A DNA stretch of 64,000 nucleotides. It comes from Halorutilales archaeon Cl-col2-1 (lineage in GTDB: Archaea > Halobacteriota > Halobacteria > Halobacteriales > Afararchaeaceae). Both the position numbers and the translations under genes were made by a program. The DNA lies in the NCBI GenBank assembly GCA_041891055.1, contig CP169074.1, forward strand, positions 224,001-288,000. The letters run 5' to 3'. Below the pieces are notes generated by a model. It was given only the letters and a program-made list of their open reading frames with translations. It did no database searches and was not told the DNA's origin. Below, in pieces: positions 29,670-40,086 of this stretch (position 1 is the first letter of the stretch; every line of letters starts with the position of its first letter).

Positions 29670-29759
29670 CTTCTCCTCGACAGCCTTCTTGATCTCGGAC
29701 TTACTCTCGAAACATACCGACTACTTTAGTTCGGGATGTATTGGTCTTTTCGCTACTCG

Positions 29760-31982
29760 TTACTGGACTCCTCTCTGAACCTTGTCGTCGTCGGTCTGTA
29801 TGCTTGATACTCCCTCAGCCATCTCGTCGTACTTCCTTCTCGCCTCCTCGTCGAGCGACGGCTGTACCTCCTCGAGTGCCTCCTCGAAGTCGTCCATCGT
29901 GATCTTGACGTTACCGACCGACTTGTCTATCTCCTCGGGCGAGATTCCGCTTCCAATGAAGCTCCTCATCGCGCTCATGCTCGCCTCTTTCGCGACCGCC
30001 TCTATGTCACTACCCGTGTATCCCTCTGTCCTCGAAGCGATCTCCTCGAAGTCGACGTCGTCTGAGAGGGGCATGCCCTCAGTGTGTATCTCAAATATCT
30101 CCGCCCTAGCGTCGGTGTCGGGGACGGGAACGTGTATCTTCTTGTCGAGCCTGCCGGGACGCAGGAGCGCCTGGTCGATACGGTCGGGTCGGTTCGTCGC
30201 CGCGATAACGACTACGTTCTTGAGCTCCTCGACGCCGTCGAGCTCCGTCAGAAGCTGTGAGACGACGCGCTCCGTAACCTGGGTGTCACGCGAGCCTCCT
30301 CTCTCAGGGGCGAGCGAGTCGATCTCGTCGAAGAAGATTACCGTCGGCGCGTTCTGTCTCGCCTTCTTGAAGACCTCACGTATTCCCTTCTCCGACTCGC
30401 CGACGTACTTGTTGAGAAGCTCAGGTCCCTTGACAGAGATGAAGTTCGAGTCGCTCGCGTTCGCGACCGCCTTCGCGAGGAGTGTCTTTCCCGTACCAGG
30501 CGGTCCGTACATCAGTATGCCCTTCGGACTCTCGGCGTGTAGCTCCTCGAAGACCTCGGGGTAGTTGAGAGGCCATTCGACAGCCTCTATGAGATCCTGC
30601 TTTGCGTCTTCGAGACCTCCGACGTTGTCGTACGTGACGTCGGGAACCTCTGTGAAGACCTCCCTCATCGCGCTCGGCTCTACGTCTCTGAGAGCGTCCT
30701 CGAAGTCGTCCTCCTCGATCTCAAGCTCCTCTAAGACCTCAGGGGGTATCTCCTCGGCTTCGATGTCTATCTCCGACCTCACCTTTCTGAGAGCCGACAT
30801 AGCCGCTTCCTTCGAGAGTGCATGTATGTCCGCCCCCACGAAGCCGTGTGTCCTGTCGGCGTACTCGTCTAAGTCGACTTCCTCGGCGAGAGGCATTCCC
30901 CGGGTATGTATCTGGAGTATCTCTTTCCTTCCGTCTCTGTCGGGGACTCCGACCTCTATCTCCCTGTCGAAACGTCCTCCCCTACGGAGCGCGGGATCGA
31001 CTGCGTCGACACGGTTGGTCGCGCCGATTACTATGACGTCACCCCGGCTTTCGAGACCGTCCATCAGAGACAGAAGCTGTGCGACGACACGTCTCTCGAC
31101 CTCTCCCGAGTCCTCCCTCTTCGGTGCGAGAGAGTCGAGTTCGTCGAAGAAGATTACTGTCGGCGCGTTCTCCTCAGCCTCCTCGAATATCTCTCTGAGC
31201 TGCTCCTCCGACTCACCGTAGTACTTCGACATTATCTCAGGTCCCGATACGGTCTCGAAATGTGCATCGACCTCGTTGGCGACCGCCTTCGCTATGAGTG
31301 TCTTACCCGTTCCGGGAGGTCCGTGTAGGAGAACGCCCTTCGGGGGCTCTATACCGAGCTCCTCGAAGAGCTCGGGGTGGCGGAGGGGAAGCTCTATCAT
31401 CTCACGTACCTGCTCTAGCTCGTCCTCAAGACCGCCTATGTCCTCGTAGGTCGTGTCAGTAACGGAGCCCCTCTGTCCCTCGACCTCCTCTTCAGAGACG
31501 GGCTCCTCCGAGATCTCGATCTGTGTCTTGTCGCCGACTACGACAGCACCCGAGGGCTGTGTGTCGGTGATAGCGAACTTGATACGGTTGCCTATCATCT
31601 CGACGCGTATGTTGTCGCCCTTCGTGACGGGTCTGCCGTAGAGAACCCTCTTCATGTAGCCGGTTCCGCCACGTATCTTGATCTTCTGTGAGACTGGCGC
31701 GATACTCACCGAGTCGGCTTTCTCTGCCTCTGTCTTCTTGACGTCGACGTGATCGTCTATTCCGACTCCAGCATTCTTACGTACGCTTCCGTCGATACGT
31801 ACTATGCCTTTTCCGGTGTCCTCGGAGTATCCGGGCCAAGCCTTCGCGACTGTTGTCCTCTCGCCCTCTATCTCGACTATGTCACCTGAGACTATCCCGA
31901 GCTCCTTCATCGCTCTCTGGTCGACGTAAGCCTTTCCTTGACCTGCGTCGCTCGAACGTACTTCTCCTACAGTTAGCTTCAT
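29760..31982 (-). CDS. cdc48: CDC48/VAT AAA ATPase
   Basis: Two AAA modules ([20 protein letters not shown]) after an N domain. Confidence 0.96.
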   Translation of the reverse strand: MKLTVGEVRSSDAGQGKAYVDQRAMKELGIVSGDIVEIEGERTTVAKAWPGYSEDTGKGIVRIDGSVRKNAGVGIDDHVDVKKTEAEKADSVSIAPVSQKIKIRGGTGYMKRVLYGRPVTKGDNIRVEMIGNRIKFAITDTQPSGAVVVGDKTQIEISEEPVSEEEVEGQRGSVTDTTYEDIGGLEDELEQVREMIELPLRHPELFEELGIEPPKGVLLHGPPGTGKTLIAKAVANEVDAHFETVSGPEIMSKYYGESEEQLREIFEEAEENAPTVIFFDELDSLAPKREDSGEVERRVVAQLLSLMDGLESRGDVIVIGATNRVDAVDPALRRGGRFDREIEVGVPDRDGRKEILQIHTRGMPLAEEVDLDEYADRTHGFVGADIHALSKEAAMSALRKVRSEIDIEAEEIPPEVLEELEIEEDDFEDALRDVEPSAMREVFTEVPDVTYDNVGGLEDAKQDLIEAVEWPLNYPEVFEELHAESPKGILMYGPPGTGKTLLAKAVANASDSNFISVKGPELLNKYVGESEKGIREVFKKARQNAPTVIFFDEIDSLAPERGGSRDTQVTERVVSQLLTELDGVEELKNVVVIAATNRPDRIDQALLRPGRLDKKIHVPVPDTDARAEIFEIHTEGMPLSDDVDFEEIASRTEGYTGSDIEAVAKEASMSAMRSFIGSGISPEEIDKSVGNVKITMDDFEEALEEVQPSLDEEARRKYDEMAEGVSSIQTDDDKVQRGVQ

Positions 31983-32089
31983 CGTTACGAGAAGTAAGCG
32001 TCCATAGTATATAAATTTTTGGTGGAAACTGTCGGCGGTGTTCAGATAAGGATTGAATGAAGAAGAGGCGTGGCGTTTTTTGAGTGTCT

Positions 32090-32775
32090 ATGCCAGAAAA
32101 CGCACGCCTCAGCAAGGATATAGACGTTCGTTAATCGTAGATTAACGAGCCTGTAAATCTCCGATTTACAGACACTATCGAGTTAGGGTTTGTGGAACGA
32201 GAAGCGACACCCCAATTCGCTATGAAGCTCGGTATTCAGATGCACTTGGCTGGGTTATCGCTCTCGAATACCGTGTCTGTCCTCGAAAGTTTGGGTGTCG
32301 AGCGCGTACGTTCGACCGTCCACAACTGGGTTCACAAGGCAGACTTACAGCCCGACGACAATAACAATCCGAATCAAGTTGCCGTTGACGAAACCATGAT
32401 TCGGTTCAACGGAAGGTGGCACTGGCTGTACATCGCCGTCGATCCAGACACTAACAATATCCTCCACACGAAGCTTCAACCAACAAGAAACCACTATACA
32501 GCGAAGGAATTCATGCTGGAACTAATTGAGAAACACGACTTGGACGAGAGCTTGTTTCTCGTTGATGGACTCCCGTCTCTTCATGATGCCTGTCGGTACC
32601 ACTCACTCCGATTTCGGGTCACTAAACAGGGAAATCATCGGAACTCCGTAGAACGTGTCTTCAGAAATTAAAACGCCGTACAAAAGCTTTCTCTAACTCG
32701 TTTAGCAACGCTCACCATCAGACAACCGACGACTGGCTCAAATCGTTCGCCTTCGCTTGGAATCATCTTATCTGA
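32090..32775 (+). pseudogene. IS6-family transposase pseudogene
   Basis: MPENARL..., RSTVHNWVHKADLQP, VAVDET, FLVDG, RNSVERVF; stop inside the 48-bp insert and a frameshift near 32667; C-terminal WLKSFAFAWNHLI. Confidence 0.9.
32126..32173 (+). mobile_element. Single 48-bp twin-hairpin unit inserted in the transposase
   Basis: GTTC-GTTAATC-GTA-GATTAAC-GAGCC-TGTAAATC-TCC-GATTTACA-GAC; removing it restores the frame. Confidence 0.85.
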
Positions 32776-32888
32776 ACACTACCTTAGACTCAGTCGTTTC
32801 GGCATATTCTTCTCTAGCCTCCGACAGTGTTAACTCAGACGAGTCGGATACAAGACCCGGAGGGTCTACGACGAAAAGAGAAAGACTC

Positions 32889-34010
32889 GTGGTCGTGCTC
32901 ACCGCAGCGGTCGGCTGTCTCTCGCTCGTCACGGGTGTGGTCAACCTCGCCTCAGCATTACGTTTCGTTCCTGTGGCACGGTACGTCCCCGAGTTCGTGA
33001 GAAGAGGGGTGAGTCTCACGGGATCTTTCACGGGATTCGCTCTCCTCGTGAGCGCGTGGGGTCTCGGAAGACGTCTCCGGGTTGCATGGTATATGACTCT
33101 AGTTCTCCTGCCGATAGTTGCTCTCCAAGGTGTCGTCCAGTCGAGCCTTCTTTCGGTTCCTCTGATACTTCTTTCGCTCGCCGCGGTACCGTCAGTCTTC
33201 TTGAGTAGATCGAGTTTCGACAGAAGACACCCGCTCTCCGACACCCAGACAGCTGCCGTCGTTATACTCTCCGTCGTAGTACTCTACGGAACCGTGGGAT
33301 CGTACGTTCTACGTGACGGGTACAGCCAGATAGAGACTCCCCTCGACGCATTCTACTACACCGTTGTAACCATCAGTACCGTAGGATACGGCGACGGAGT
33401 TCCGACTACACAGCTCACACGAACATTTACGTTGTCTCTGATCGTAGTTGGGACAGCGGGCTTCGCGGTCGGCGTGGGTGCGGTACTCACGCCGGCAATA
33501 GAAAAGCGTCTCACGACTGCACTCGGAAGGATGACCACATCAGAACTCGAACTCCTTGAGAACCACGTGATAGTTCTGGGATACGGAGACCTTACCGAGC
33601 CGATACTACGTGAGTTAGACGGAAGGGTTGAGTTCGTAGTTGTTACCGAGGGCTCTGCCGGCGAACTCGGTGAGAGAGGATACAACGTCCTCAAGGCGGA
33701 TCCGAGTAGCGAAGAGGCTATCACGACGGCGAGGATAGACACAGCGTCTGCTGTCGTGGCAGCCACCAACAACGACGCGGAGGACGCCCTCTCAGTCCTA
33801 ACGGCTCGCCAGCTTAACCCTGACGTGAGACTCGTCTCCGCAGCCACCGAACAGGAGAACGTCGAGAAGCTTAGGCGAGCCGGCGCAGACACCGTTATAA
33901 GCCCGGCGAGTATCGTAGGACATCTTCTCGTTGAGTCGGCTCTGAGTGGAAGTGACACCGAGGAGATCGCCGAGAGCATCCTCAAAGACAAGACGCGCTC
34001 CGAGAACTGA
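32889..34010 (+). CDS. Potassium channel protein with TrkA-N (RCK) domain; start uncertain
   Basis: TISTVGYGD selectivity filter; HVIVLGYG; KLRRAGAD.VISP. Confidence 0.9.
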   Translation: MVVLTAAVGCLSLVTGVVNLASALRFVPVARYVPEFVRRGVSLTGSFTGFALLVSAWGLGRRLRVAWYMTLVLLPIVALQGVVQSSLLSVPLILLSLAAVPSVFLSRSSFDRRHPLSDTQTAAVVILSVVVLYGTVGSYVLRDGYSQIETPLDAFYYTVVTISTVGYGDGVPTTQLTRTFTLSLIVVGTAGFAVGVGAVLTPAIEKRLTTALGRMTTSELELLENHVIVLGYGDLTEPILRELDGRVEFVVVTEGSAGELGERGYNVLKADPSSEEAITTARIDTASAVVAATNNDAEDALSVLTARQLNPDVRLVSAATEQENVEKLRRAGADTVISPASIVGHLLVESALSGSDTEEIAESILKDKTRSEN

Positions 34011-34052
34011 GACAGGCCTAAACTTTTTATAATGGGGATTCGTGAGAGAGTC

Positions 34053-34808
34053 ATGGTCTTTGACCTACACAGGCGGAAGTTCGTGATGGGATCAGTGGCG
34101 GTCGTAGTCGGGAGCATAGCGGGATGTACCGGCGGGGGCAATGGGGGCGAAGAAGACGGTGGGGATGAAGCTGGAGATGGCGATGGCACTGATAATGGAA
34201 ACGGCGAAACCGATGGTAACGGAGACGACGGAACCGCCGACGAGGAGGGGGATGAAGGGGAAGGCGAGGAGGTAATCTTCAGGGACGCCGTACAGATGGG
34301 TGAGTCATTTGCCTTTGAGTCGGAGTTCGAGACAGAAGAAGCTCAGGGAACCGCGACAGGCCGGTACTACGAGGACGACATCTACTACCACGTTGAGACA
34401 CAGGAACAGACGGTCGAGGTCTACGAGATCGACGACGAGACCTACGTCGTCTTTGTCGACGAGGATATGTGTGTCAAGAACCCGGGTGAGGAGATGAAGC
34501 CGGATTCGGGCGGCGAGGGAAAGGCAAATCCCGACGAATACGAGGCAGACGTCAACGACTACCCCGAGATAACACCCAAGGGAACGACGACAATAGACGG
34601 AGAGACTGTCTACATCTTCGAGATAACCGACGAGGACACAGAGATGACTGTGACTTACTACGTGAGCGTCGAGACAGGTTATATACGTAGAGTTGAGACA
34701 CAAGACGGCGTGGTGGATCTACATTCGTGGGACGACGTCGATCCCGTACAGCCTCCTGACATGGACTGCAGGGACATCTCAGATATGCCCTCACCAGGGG
34801 ACTTCTGA
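34053..34808 (+). CDS. Tat lipoprotein, hypothetical
   Basis: RRKF, IAGC lipobox, acidic G/D linker. Confidence 0.8.
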   Translation: MVFDLHRRKFVMGSVAVVVGSIAGCTGGGNGGEEDGGDEAGDGDGTDNGNGETDGNGDDGTADEEGDEGEGEEVIFRDAVQMGESFAFESEFETEEAQGTATGRYYEDDIYYHVETQEQTVEVYEIDDETYVVFVDEDMCVKNPGEEMKPDSGGEGKANPDEYEADVNDYPEITPKGTTTIDGETVYIFEITDEDTEMTVTYYVSVETGYIRRVETQDGVVDLHSWDDVDPVQPPDMDCRDISDMPSPGDF

Positions 34809-34833
34809 TTCTCGAAGAGGTCGAATTTTATTT

Positions 34834-35712
34834 TTATCCGAGGTACGACGACTGGCAGTCTGGACAGATATCGCCTTCCCTTAGAGACTCCGACGACTCG
34901 AAGGTAGAACCACACGAGGAGCACGACAGCGACGTTTCGGAGACCTCGTCGGACGAACCACCGAAGGATGTCTCGTACGGTGTCTCAGTCTCATCCGTAG
35001 GGGTCTTTACGTCCTTCCCTGCCTGTGTTTCTGTCGTTGAGCCATCTGCATCACCGGAGATGTAGTCGGAAATTGAGCCGTTATCCTCCGAACCGGAGCC
35101 AATTCCCGGTATGTCCTGTTCCACGGAGTCGGACTCCCCATCCGTATCCGATTCGGACGTTGAGGAGCCGGACGAGGACGAGCCGGTCAGTATCTCGACT
35201 CCTTCGTCCTGATCCGCATCAGTCGACTCCTCGGCTGTCTCCTCATCTGTCTGGGTCTGGGAGTCGAGGTCAGAGCTATCCGACTCGAAGACATCTCCTC
35301 CGTCGCTCGTTACTGTATTGGATTCGGTGTGGTCAGTGGCGGTCTCAGAAACTGTTCTGACTCCAGAGGTTGACGAATCCGAGACCGAGGATTCGGTGCT
35401 GTCCTGAGACGGAGACTGTGTCGGTGTCGGAGATCCGGCTGTCTTCTCCTTCTGCTTCTCAGCCGTCTGTTCCCGATCCGGGCTTCGAGGGATTCCCCGG
35501 GAACTACCCCCGGTCTCGTCATCCGTGTCAGCCTCCGTCTCTCCACTCTCGACGACCTCACGTCTCTTCTTCTTGACCTCTCTCTCGCCACATCTCCTGC
35601 ACGTACGGAAGGTCGTAAACAGTATCTCCGTACAGCCGTCGTGCTCCTCCTGTGAGTCCTCCATCTGGTAGGGCTCCCAGTCGTGTCCTGTGAGTCGGCA
35701 GAGAGGTTTCAC
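34834..35712 (-). CDS. Hypothetical protein with terminal Zn-binding motifs and a long S/T/D/E-rich linker
   Basis: C.LTGH.W...CRRCG at the N-terminus; CSSCG...SLREGDICPDC at the C-terminus; GTG start assumed. Confidence 0.75.
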   Translation of the reverse strand: MKPLCRLTGHDWEPYQMEDSQEEHDGCTEILFTTFRTCRRCGEREVKKKRREVVESGETEADTDDETGGSSRGIPRSPDREQTAEKQKEKTAGSPTPTQSPSQDSTESSVSDSSTSGVRTVSETATDHTESNTVTSDGGDVFESDSSDLDSQTQTDEETAEESTDADQDEGVEILTGSSSSGSSTSESDTDGESDSVEQDIPGIGSGSEDNGSISDYISGDADGSTTETQAGKDVKTPTDETETPYETSFGGSSDEVSETSLSCSSCGSTFESSESLREGDICPDCQSSYLG

Positions 35713-35766
35713 TCTTGTTAGAGTCTCCGTGCCACCGAGACATAAAACCTCGTCAGACGGACGTGT

Positions 35767-35959
35767 GACGCATTCGGAAATCTCTGATTTCCGAGCCTTC
35801 AAAGCTCTGCTTTGAGACGTTCGTGAATCTCTGATTCACGTGCCATCGAAGCTTCCGCTTCGAGACGTTCGCGAATCTTCGATTCGCGTGCCCACAAGAT
35901 CGGAGATCTTGTGACGTTCGAAAATCTCCGATTTCTGAGCCATCAAATCTCCGATTTGA
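35767..35959 (+). repeat. Tandem array of four twin-hairpin units (49/48/49/47 bp)
   Basis: Units start at GAC 35767, 35816, 35864, 35913; eight hairpins. Confidence 0.9.
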
Positions 35960-36007
35960 GAAGCCCGACTCGGAACTCCTAAGGAAGACACGTACGGATA
36001 CGTCTGT

Positions 36008-37129
36008 ATGTACGAGATTCCCGTGATAAAGGGCGACGGAATAGGACCCGAGATCGTCGAGGAGGGACAGCGTGTTCTTGAAGCAGCGAGCGACGTCTGC
36101 AATTTCGGATTAGACTGGAAGGAGTACCCGTACGGAGCCGACCACTACCTTGATACGGGAGAGATACTTCCCGACTCCGCCTTAGACGAGCTATCTAAGT
36201 ACGACGCCATCTACTTCGGGAGCATAGGAGACCCGAGAGTAGAGCCCGGCGTCTTAGAGAAGGGAATAATTCTGAAGCTCCGTTTCGAGTTCGACCAGTA
36301 CGTCAACCTGCGTCCCGTGAAGCTTCTCGAAGGCGTGGAGACACCTCTCAAGGACAAGACACCCGACGACATAGACTTCACGGTAGTGAGGGAGAACACC
36401 GAGGACTTTTACATAGGTCTCGGGGGACGCGCGAAAGGAAAGACTGAGGCTGAGCTTGAGGTTGAGAGGAATCTTTACAAGACGAAGTTCGGTCTTGACA
36501 TAGAGACAGACGCCGAGGAGATCGCCTACCAGATCGGTAGCATCTCGCGCGAAGGGTCGGAGAGGGTCGTCGAGTACGCCTTCGACCACGCTGAGTCGGA
36601 GGGCCACGACCGCGTGACGGGTATCGACAAGGCGAACGTCCTGAGTGACATATACGGCATGTGGAGGGAGGTCATAGAGGAGGTTAGCGAGGACTACTCG
36701 GGTATAGAACACGAGTTCAACTACGTCGACGCCGCGACGATGTGGTTCGTGAAGAACCCCGACCATTACGAGACAGTCGTCACTCCCAACATGTTCGGCG
36801 ACATAGTCACCGACCTAGGCGCTATGATACAGGGAGGTCTCGGTCTCTCGCCCGGAGGTAACATAAATCCCGAGGGGACAAGCATGTTCGAGCCATTACA
36901 CGGAAGTGCGCCGAAGTACGCTGGTGAGAACAGGGCGAACCCCACGGCTACTATCTGGGCGGGTGCTATGCTCCTCGACACTCTCGGAGAGGAAGAGGCG
37001 TCGGAACGCGTAATGGAAGCCTTAGGCGACGTTCTCGCCGAGGGAGAGGTCAGGACGCCCGACATAGGCGGTGACGCCGGAACTGACGACTTTGGAAAAG
37101 CGGTCGCAGAACGCGTCAGACAGGGCTAG
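36008..37129 (+). CDS. leuB: 3-isopropylmalate/isocitrate dehydrogenase family protein
   Basis: [37 protein letters not shown]. Confidence 0.8.
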   Translation: MYEIPVIKGDGIGPEIVEEGQRVLEAASDVCNFGLDWKEYPYGADHYLDTGEILPDSALDELSKYDAIYFGSIGDPRVEPGVLEKGIILKLRFEFDQYVNLRPVKLLEGVETPLKDKTPDDIDFTVVRENTEDFYIGLGGRAKGKTEAELEVERNLYKTKFGLDIETDAEEIAYQIGSISREGSERVVEYAFDHAESEGHDRVTGIDKANVLSDIYGMWREVIEEVSEDYSGIEHEFNYVDAATMWFVKNPDHYETVVTPNMFGDIVTDLGAMIQGGLGLSPGGNINPEGTSMFEPLHGSAPKYAGENRANPTATIWAGAMLLDTLGEEEASERVMEALGDVLAEGEVRTPDIGGDAGTDDFGKAVAERVRQG

Positions 37130-38151
37130 AAGGAGTTCGTCTTACTCTTTCCGGTGTAACTTCTACGTAACGCTACCGAGAGACCGCCGAGTCCGACGAC
37201 GGTTATCACGGCTCCGGCGAGCCCTCCAATGATCGGAACCATGCCGAGTATCGACGAGACGAGTAGACCGATGACGAGAGACAGCCATCTGTTCCTGAAG
37301 CCTTCGAGAGAGAGTATCCATGTCCCGAGAGAGAAACTACCGTAGACTGACGACATCCAGAGTGCGACCGCGAATAGTAATCCGAGGACGAGAGCTATTG
37401 GAATTCCTATTACTGTTATACTCACCAAGATTAATCCTATCGGAACACCGACTGCGACGAGGAGTCCCACGCCTCCAGACTCGACGGGTTCGGAGACCAC
37501 CTCGTCGGCTACGGCGTCTGAGAGCCCAGGGAAAACGTATATAAGTATCAGACCTACGACGAGGTTGACGAGGAAGCCGTAGACAGAGAAGACCCACGAC
37601 GGTAGCAAGGAGTCGCTCGACCCCGGCTTAGTCTCTATCTTCTCGGTCTTACCGCCTATCTGTGCTCCCGAGCCACGTGTGTAGTCCTCAGCTGTGTAAC
37701 GCAGGTCGCCTCCTATGACGGCGTTCTCACCGAGACTGAGACTACTCGTCCTGAGTGTCGAAGTTCCGTTTATATGACCTTGAATAAGTGCACTCCCGGC
37801 ACTCGCGTTGAGGCTGCCCGAGATCCTCGCCGACTCGCCCACCAGGACGTTCCCCGTGTTAGCCTCGACGTCGCCCGTGACGTTTCCGTTGATAGCAACG
37901 GTTCCCGAGTACGCCTTGACGTCTCCGTTGACATTCCCGTCGATGGTAACGGTACCCGCGTAGGCTTTGAGGTTGCCGTCGACTGTTCCCCGAACCAGGA
38001 CGGTTCCGCCGTAGGCGTTTATGCTCTCAGTTGTTTCCCCGTCCTCTACTATTACGTTGCCTCCCGTACGTGTCTCCTGTGCCGAGACGGGAGACGTCGC
38101 AAAGACGAGCAGAAGAAAGCCCGCCAGAGCCAAGAGGTACTTCGTCTTCAT
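37126..38151 (-). CDS. Secreted polymer-forming (bactofilin-like) repeat protein with C-terminal TM segments
   Basis: Signal peptide; repeated G.V.I.G.V.GDV units; 4-5 TMs. Confidence 0.8.
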   Translation of the reverse strand: MKTKYLLALAGFLLLVFATSPVSAQETRTGGNVIVEDGETTESINAYGGTVLVRGTVDGNLKAYAGTVTIDGNVNGDVKAYSGTVAINGNVTGDVEANTGNVLVGESARISGSLNASAGSALIQGHINGTSTLRTSSLSLGENAVIGGDLRYTAEDYTRGSGAQIGGKTEKIETKPGSSDSLLPSWVFSVYGFLVNLVVGLILIYVFPGLSDAVADEVVSEPVESGGVGLLVAVGVPIGLILVSITVIGIPIALVLGLLFAVALWMSSVYGSFSLGTWILSLEGFRNRWLSLVIGLLVSSILGMVPIIGGLAGAVITVVGLGGLSVALRRSYTGKSKTNSF

Positions 38152-38271
38152 GTCGTTAATGCTTCGTTCAAGGGGTTAATAAATACTGGTAAGCTGTCCG
38201 ACGGAAGTCTGACGCCGACGCCGACATGAGATACGAAAGGACTTTTGTAGAGGAGTACCTATCCCCGACGA

Positions 38272-39213
38272 ATGAGCGTAAGGAAGAAGACAGAGGAGCT
38301 TATAAGCGAAGACCCGAGTCTCTCCTCGTCCCTTGAGAGACTCCTTGAGATAGAGGAGTCGGAAGGTGAGATACTCTGGAGTGACGTTAACTCGGAGATT
38401 ACGAGCGGTCAGTGGGGTCGTCTCATAGAGAGAGGGGTACTGACTGAGGCGGACGACGGCGAAGGCTTCGTAATATCCGATACCGAGGCTGTCGAAGATG
38501 TCGTACATGGAGGCTCATCGACCTCTACATCTCTGACGGGATCAGGAGACAGTGGCGGTGACGGTGTAGACACATCGTGGAGCACCGTCGACAAGGCTGT
38601 CGCCGCAGTCGGTGCTTTCTTTATCTTCTTCGGATACTCGAACGCGACAGTACAGGACGCGATAGGAAGTACACTCAACGGAGTATTCGCGCCCCTACAC
38701 ACGTCTCTTGGACTACCGTACTACATCATAATACTCATACTCGCTACTCTGACAGGACTCTACTCAAGCTTCCTCCAGATGTACCTCATGGACTGGGACT
38801 GGGTAAATAAGAAACAGGAGGAGCTGAAGGAGATACAGTCGGAGATGAAGGAGGCTCAGATGGGTGGCGACGACGCCCAGCAGGCACAGCTCCAGGAGGA
38901 GCAGAAGGAGATGTTCTCGGAGCAGATGGACATCATGAAGATGCAGTTCCGTCCCTCGATATGGATAATGGTGATCACGATACCCATCTTCATCTGGCTC
39001 TACTGGAACTTCACGAGCCGGACGGGACAGCCGATGATACTCGAAACCGCGGGCGAGATGCCGACGATAAACACGCCGTTCACCGACGGTGCGATAGAGT
39101 TCAACTCGACACTTATAGGTCCCGTACAGGCGTGGCTCGGATGGTATATACTCTGTTCGTTCGGTCTCGGACAGATAATGAGGAAGGTACTCGGGGTCAA
39201 TCCCTCGACATGA
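38272..39213 (+). CDS. DUF106 (EMC3/Oxa1 superfamily) membrane protein
   Basis: SGQWGRLIE, coiled coil, QFRP..W...IPIF.W, WYILCSF...RK. Confidence 0.85.
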   Translation: MSVRKKTEELISEDPSLSSSLERLLEIEESEGEILWSDVNSEITSGQWGRLIERGVLTEADDGEGFVISDTEAVEDVVHGGSSTSTSLTGSGDSGGDGVDTSWSTVDKAVAAVGAFFIFFGYSNATVQDAIGSTLNGVFAPLHTSLGLPYYIIILILATLTGLYSSFLQMYLMDWDWVNKKQEELKEIQSEMKEAQMGGDDAQQAQLQEEQKEMFSEQMDIMKMQFRPSIWIMVITIPIFIWLYWNFTSRTGQPMILETAGEMPTINTPFTDGAIEFNSTLIGPVQAWLGWYILCSFGLGQIMRKVLGVNPST

Positions 39214-39218
39214 CATAG

Positions 39219-40055
39219 ATGACCGAGTTCACGAAGGCACACGGAAACGGCAACGACTTTCTGATAGTCAATGAGTGGGACTCCGAAGCCGTCGGGGACA
39301 AGGAGGGCTTCGCGTCTGAGTACTGCGAGAGACGTTTCGGGGTAGGCGGCGACGGCGTCCTCTTCTTACAGAAGCCCGAAAGCCGAGACGCCGAGATACG
39401 TATGTCTCTCTACCAGCCCGACGGCGATGAGGTCGAGATGTGTGGGAACGGAGTGAGATGTCTCGTGGCTTACGCCGTGGAAGAGGGCTTCGTCGATGAG
39501 TCGGATTCGGATGTGACCGTCACGGTGGATGTCGAGACACTCGACGGAGTCAAGGAGACAGTCTACACACGTGAGGACGGCGACCACATGGTAACCGTAG
39601 ATATGGGAGAGCCGTCTTTCGACCCCGAAGACGTCCCCGCCGAGAGACGTATAGTCGAGGAGGAGATCGGCGGCTACCGTCTGACATCGTCTAACACCGG
39701 AGTGCCTCACTCAGTGGTCTTCGTCGATGAGGTTGATGAAATAGATGTCGAGGAAGAGTCTCCCGATATACGCCACGCCGACGTCTTTCCTGAGGGGTCG
39801 AACGTCAACTTCGCGTCTCCGACTCAAGACGGCTACAAGATAAGAACCTTCGAGAGGGGCGTCGAGGGCGAGACGCTTTCGTGTGGCACGGGAAGTGTCG
39901 CAGTCGCGGCGGTAGCGCGCGAACTCGGAAAGACTGACGATGACGACGGAGAACTGCGGATACAGACCCGCGGCGGCGACCTCTGGATAAGCTTCGAGGA
40001 CGGATCGGCGATGATGAAGGGACCCGCCGAGATAGTCTACGAAGGAGAAGTCTGA
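39219..40055 (+). CDS. dapF: Diaminopimelate epimerase
   Basis: HGNGNDF, EMCGNG, GVPH, ERGVEGETLSCGTG. Confidence 0.95.
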   Translation: MTEFTKAHGNGNDFLIVNEWDSEAVGDKEGFASEYCERRFGVGGDGVLFLQKPESRDAEIRMSLYQPDGDEVEMCGNGVRCLVAYAVEEGFVDESDSDVTVTVDVETLDGVKETVYTREDGDHMVTVDMGEPSFDPEDVPAERRIVEEEIGGYRLTSSNTGVPHSVVFVDEVDEIDVEEESPDIRHADVFPEGSNVNFASPTQDGYKIRTFERGVEGETLSCGTGSVAVAAVARELGKTDDDDGELRIQTRGGDLWISFEDGSAMMKGPAEIVYEGEV

Positions 40056-40086
40056 TTACGTCTGCTTTCCTCGGTCAGTATATTAG

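Larger units (their letters stand above)
32034..32783 (+). mobile_element. IS6-family (ISH14-like) insertion sequence, inactivated
   Basis: TIRs GGCGGTGTTCAGATAAG (32034-32050) / CTTATCTGAACACTACC (32767-32783), 15 of 17 match. Confidence 0.9.

Noticed and set aside
29782-31641. Long antisense ORFs over cdc48 and other genes
   Set aside because: Ser-rich shadow frames caused by acidic, GC-rich codon bias.
32126-32173. Archaeal bulge-helix-bulge intron
   Set aside because: I see no BHB pairing between the two junctions; only RT-PCR could exclude RNA-level removal.
35767-35959. CRISPR array
   Set aside because: Constant parts are only 5-7 nt, variable parts are self-complementary and reused at other loci, and there are no cas genes in the window.
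35836-36102. 88-aa ORF across the hairpin array
   Set aside because: Antisense to leuB and made of translated repeat sequence.
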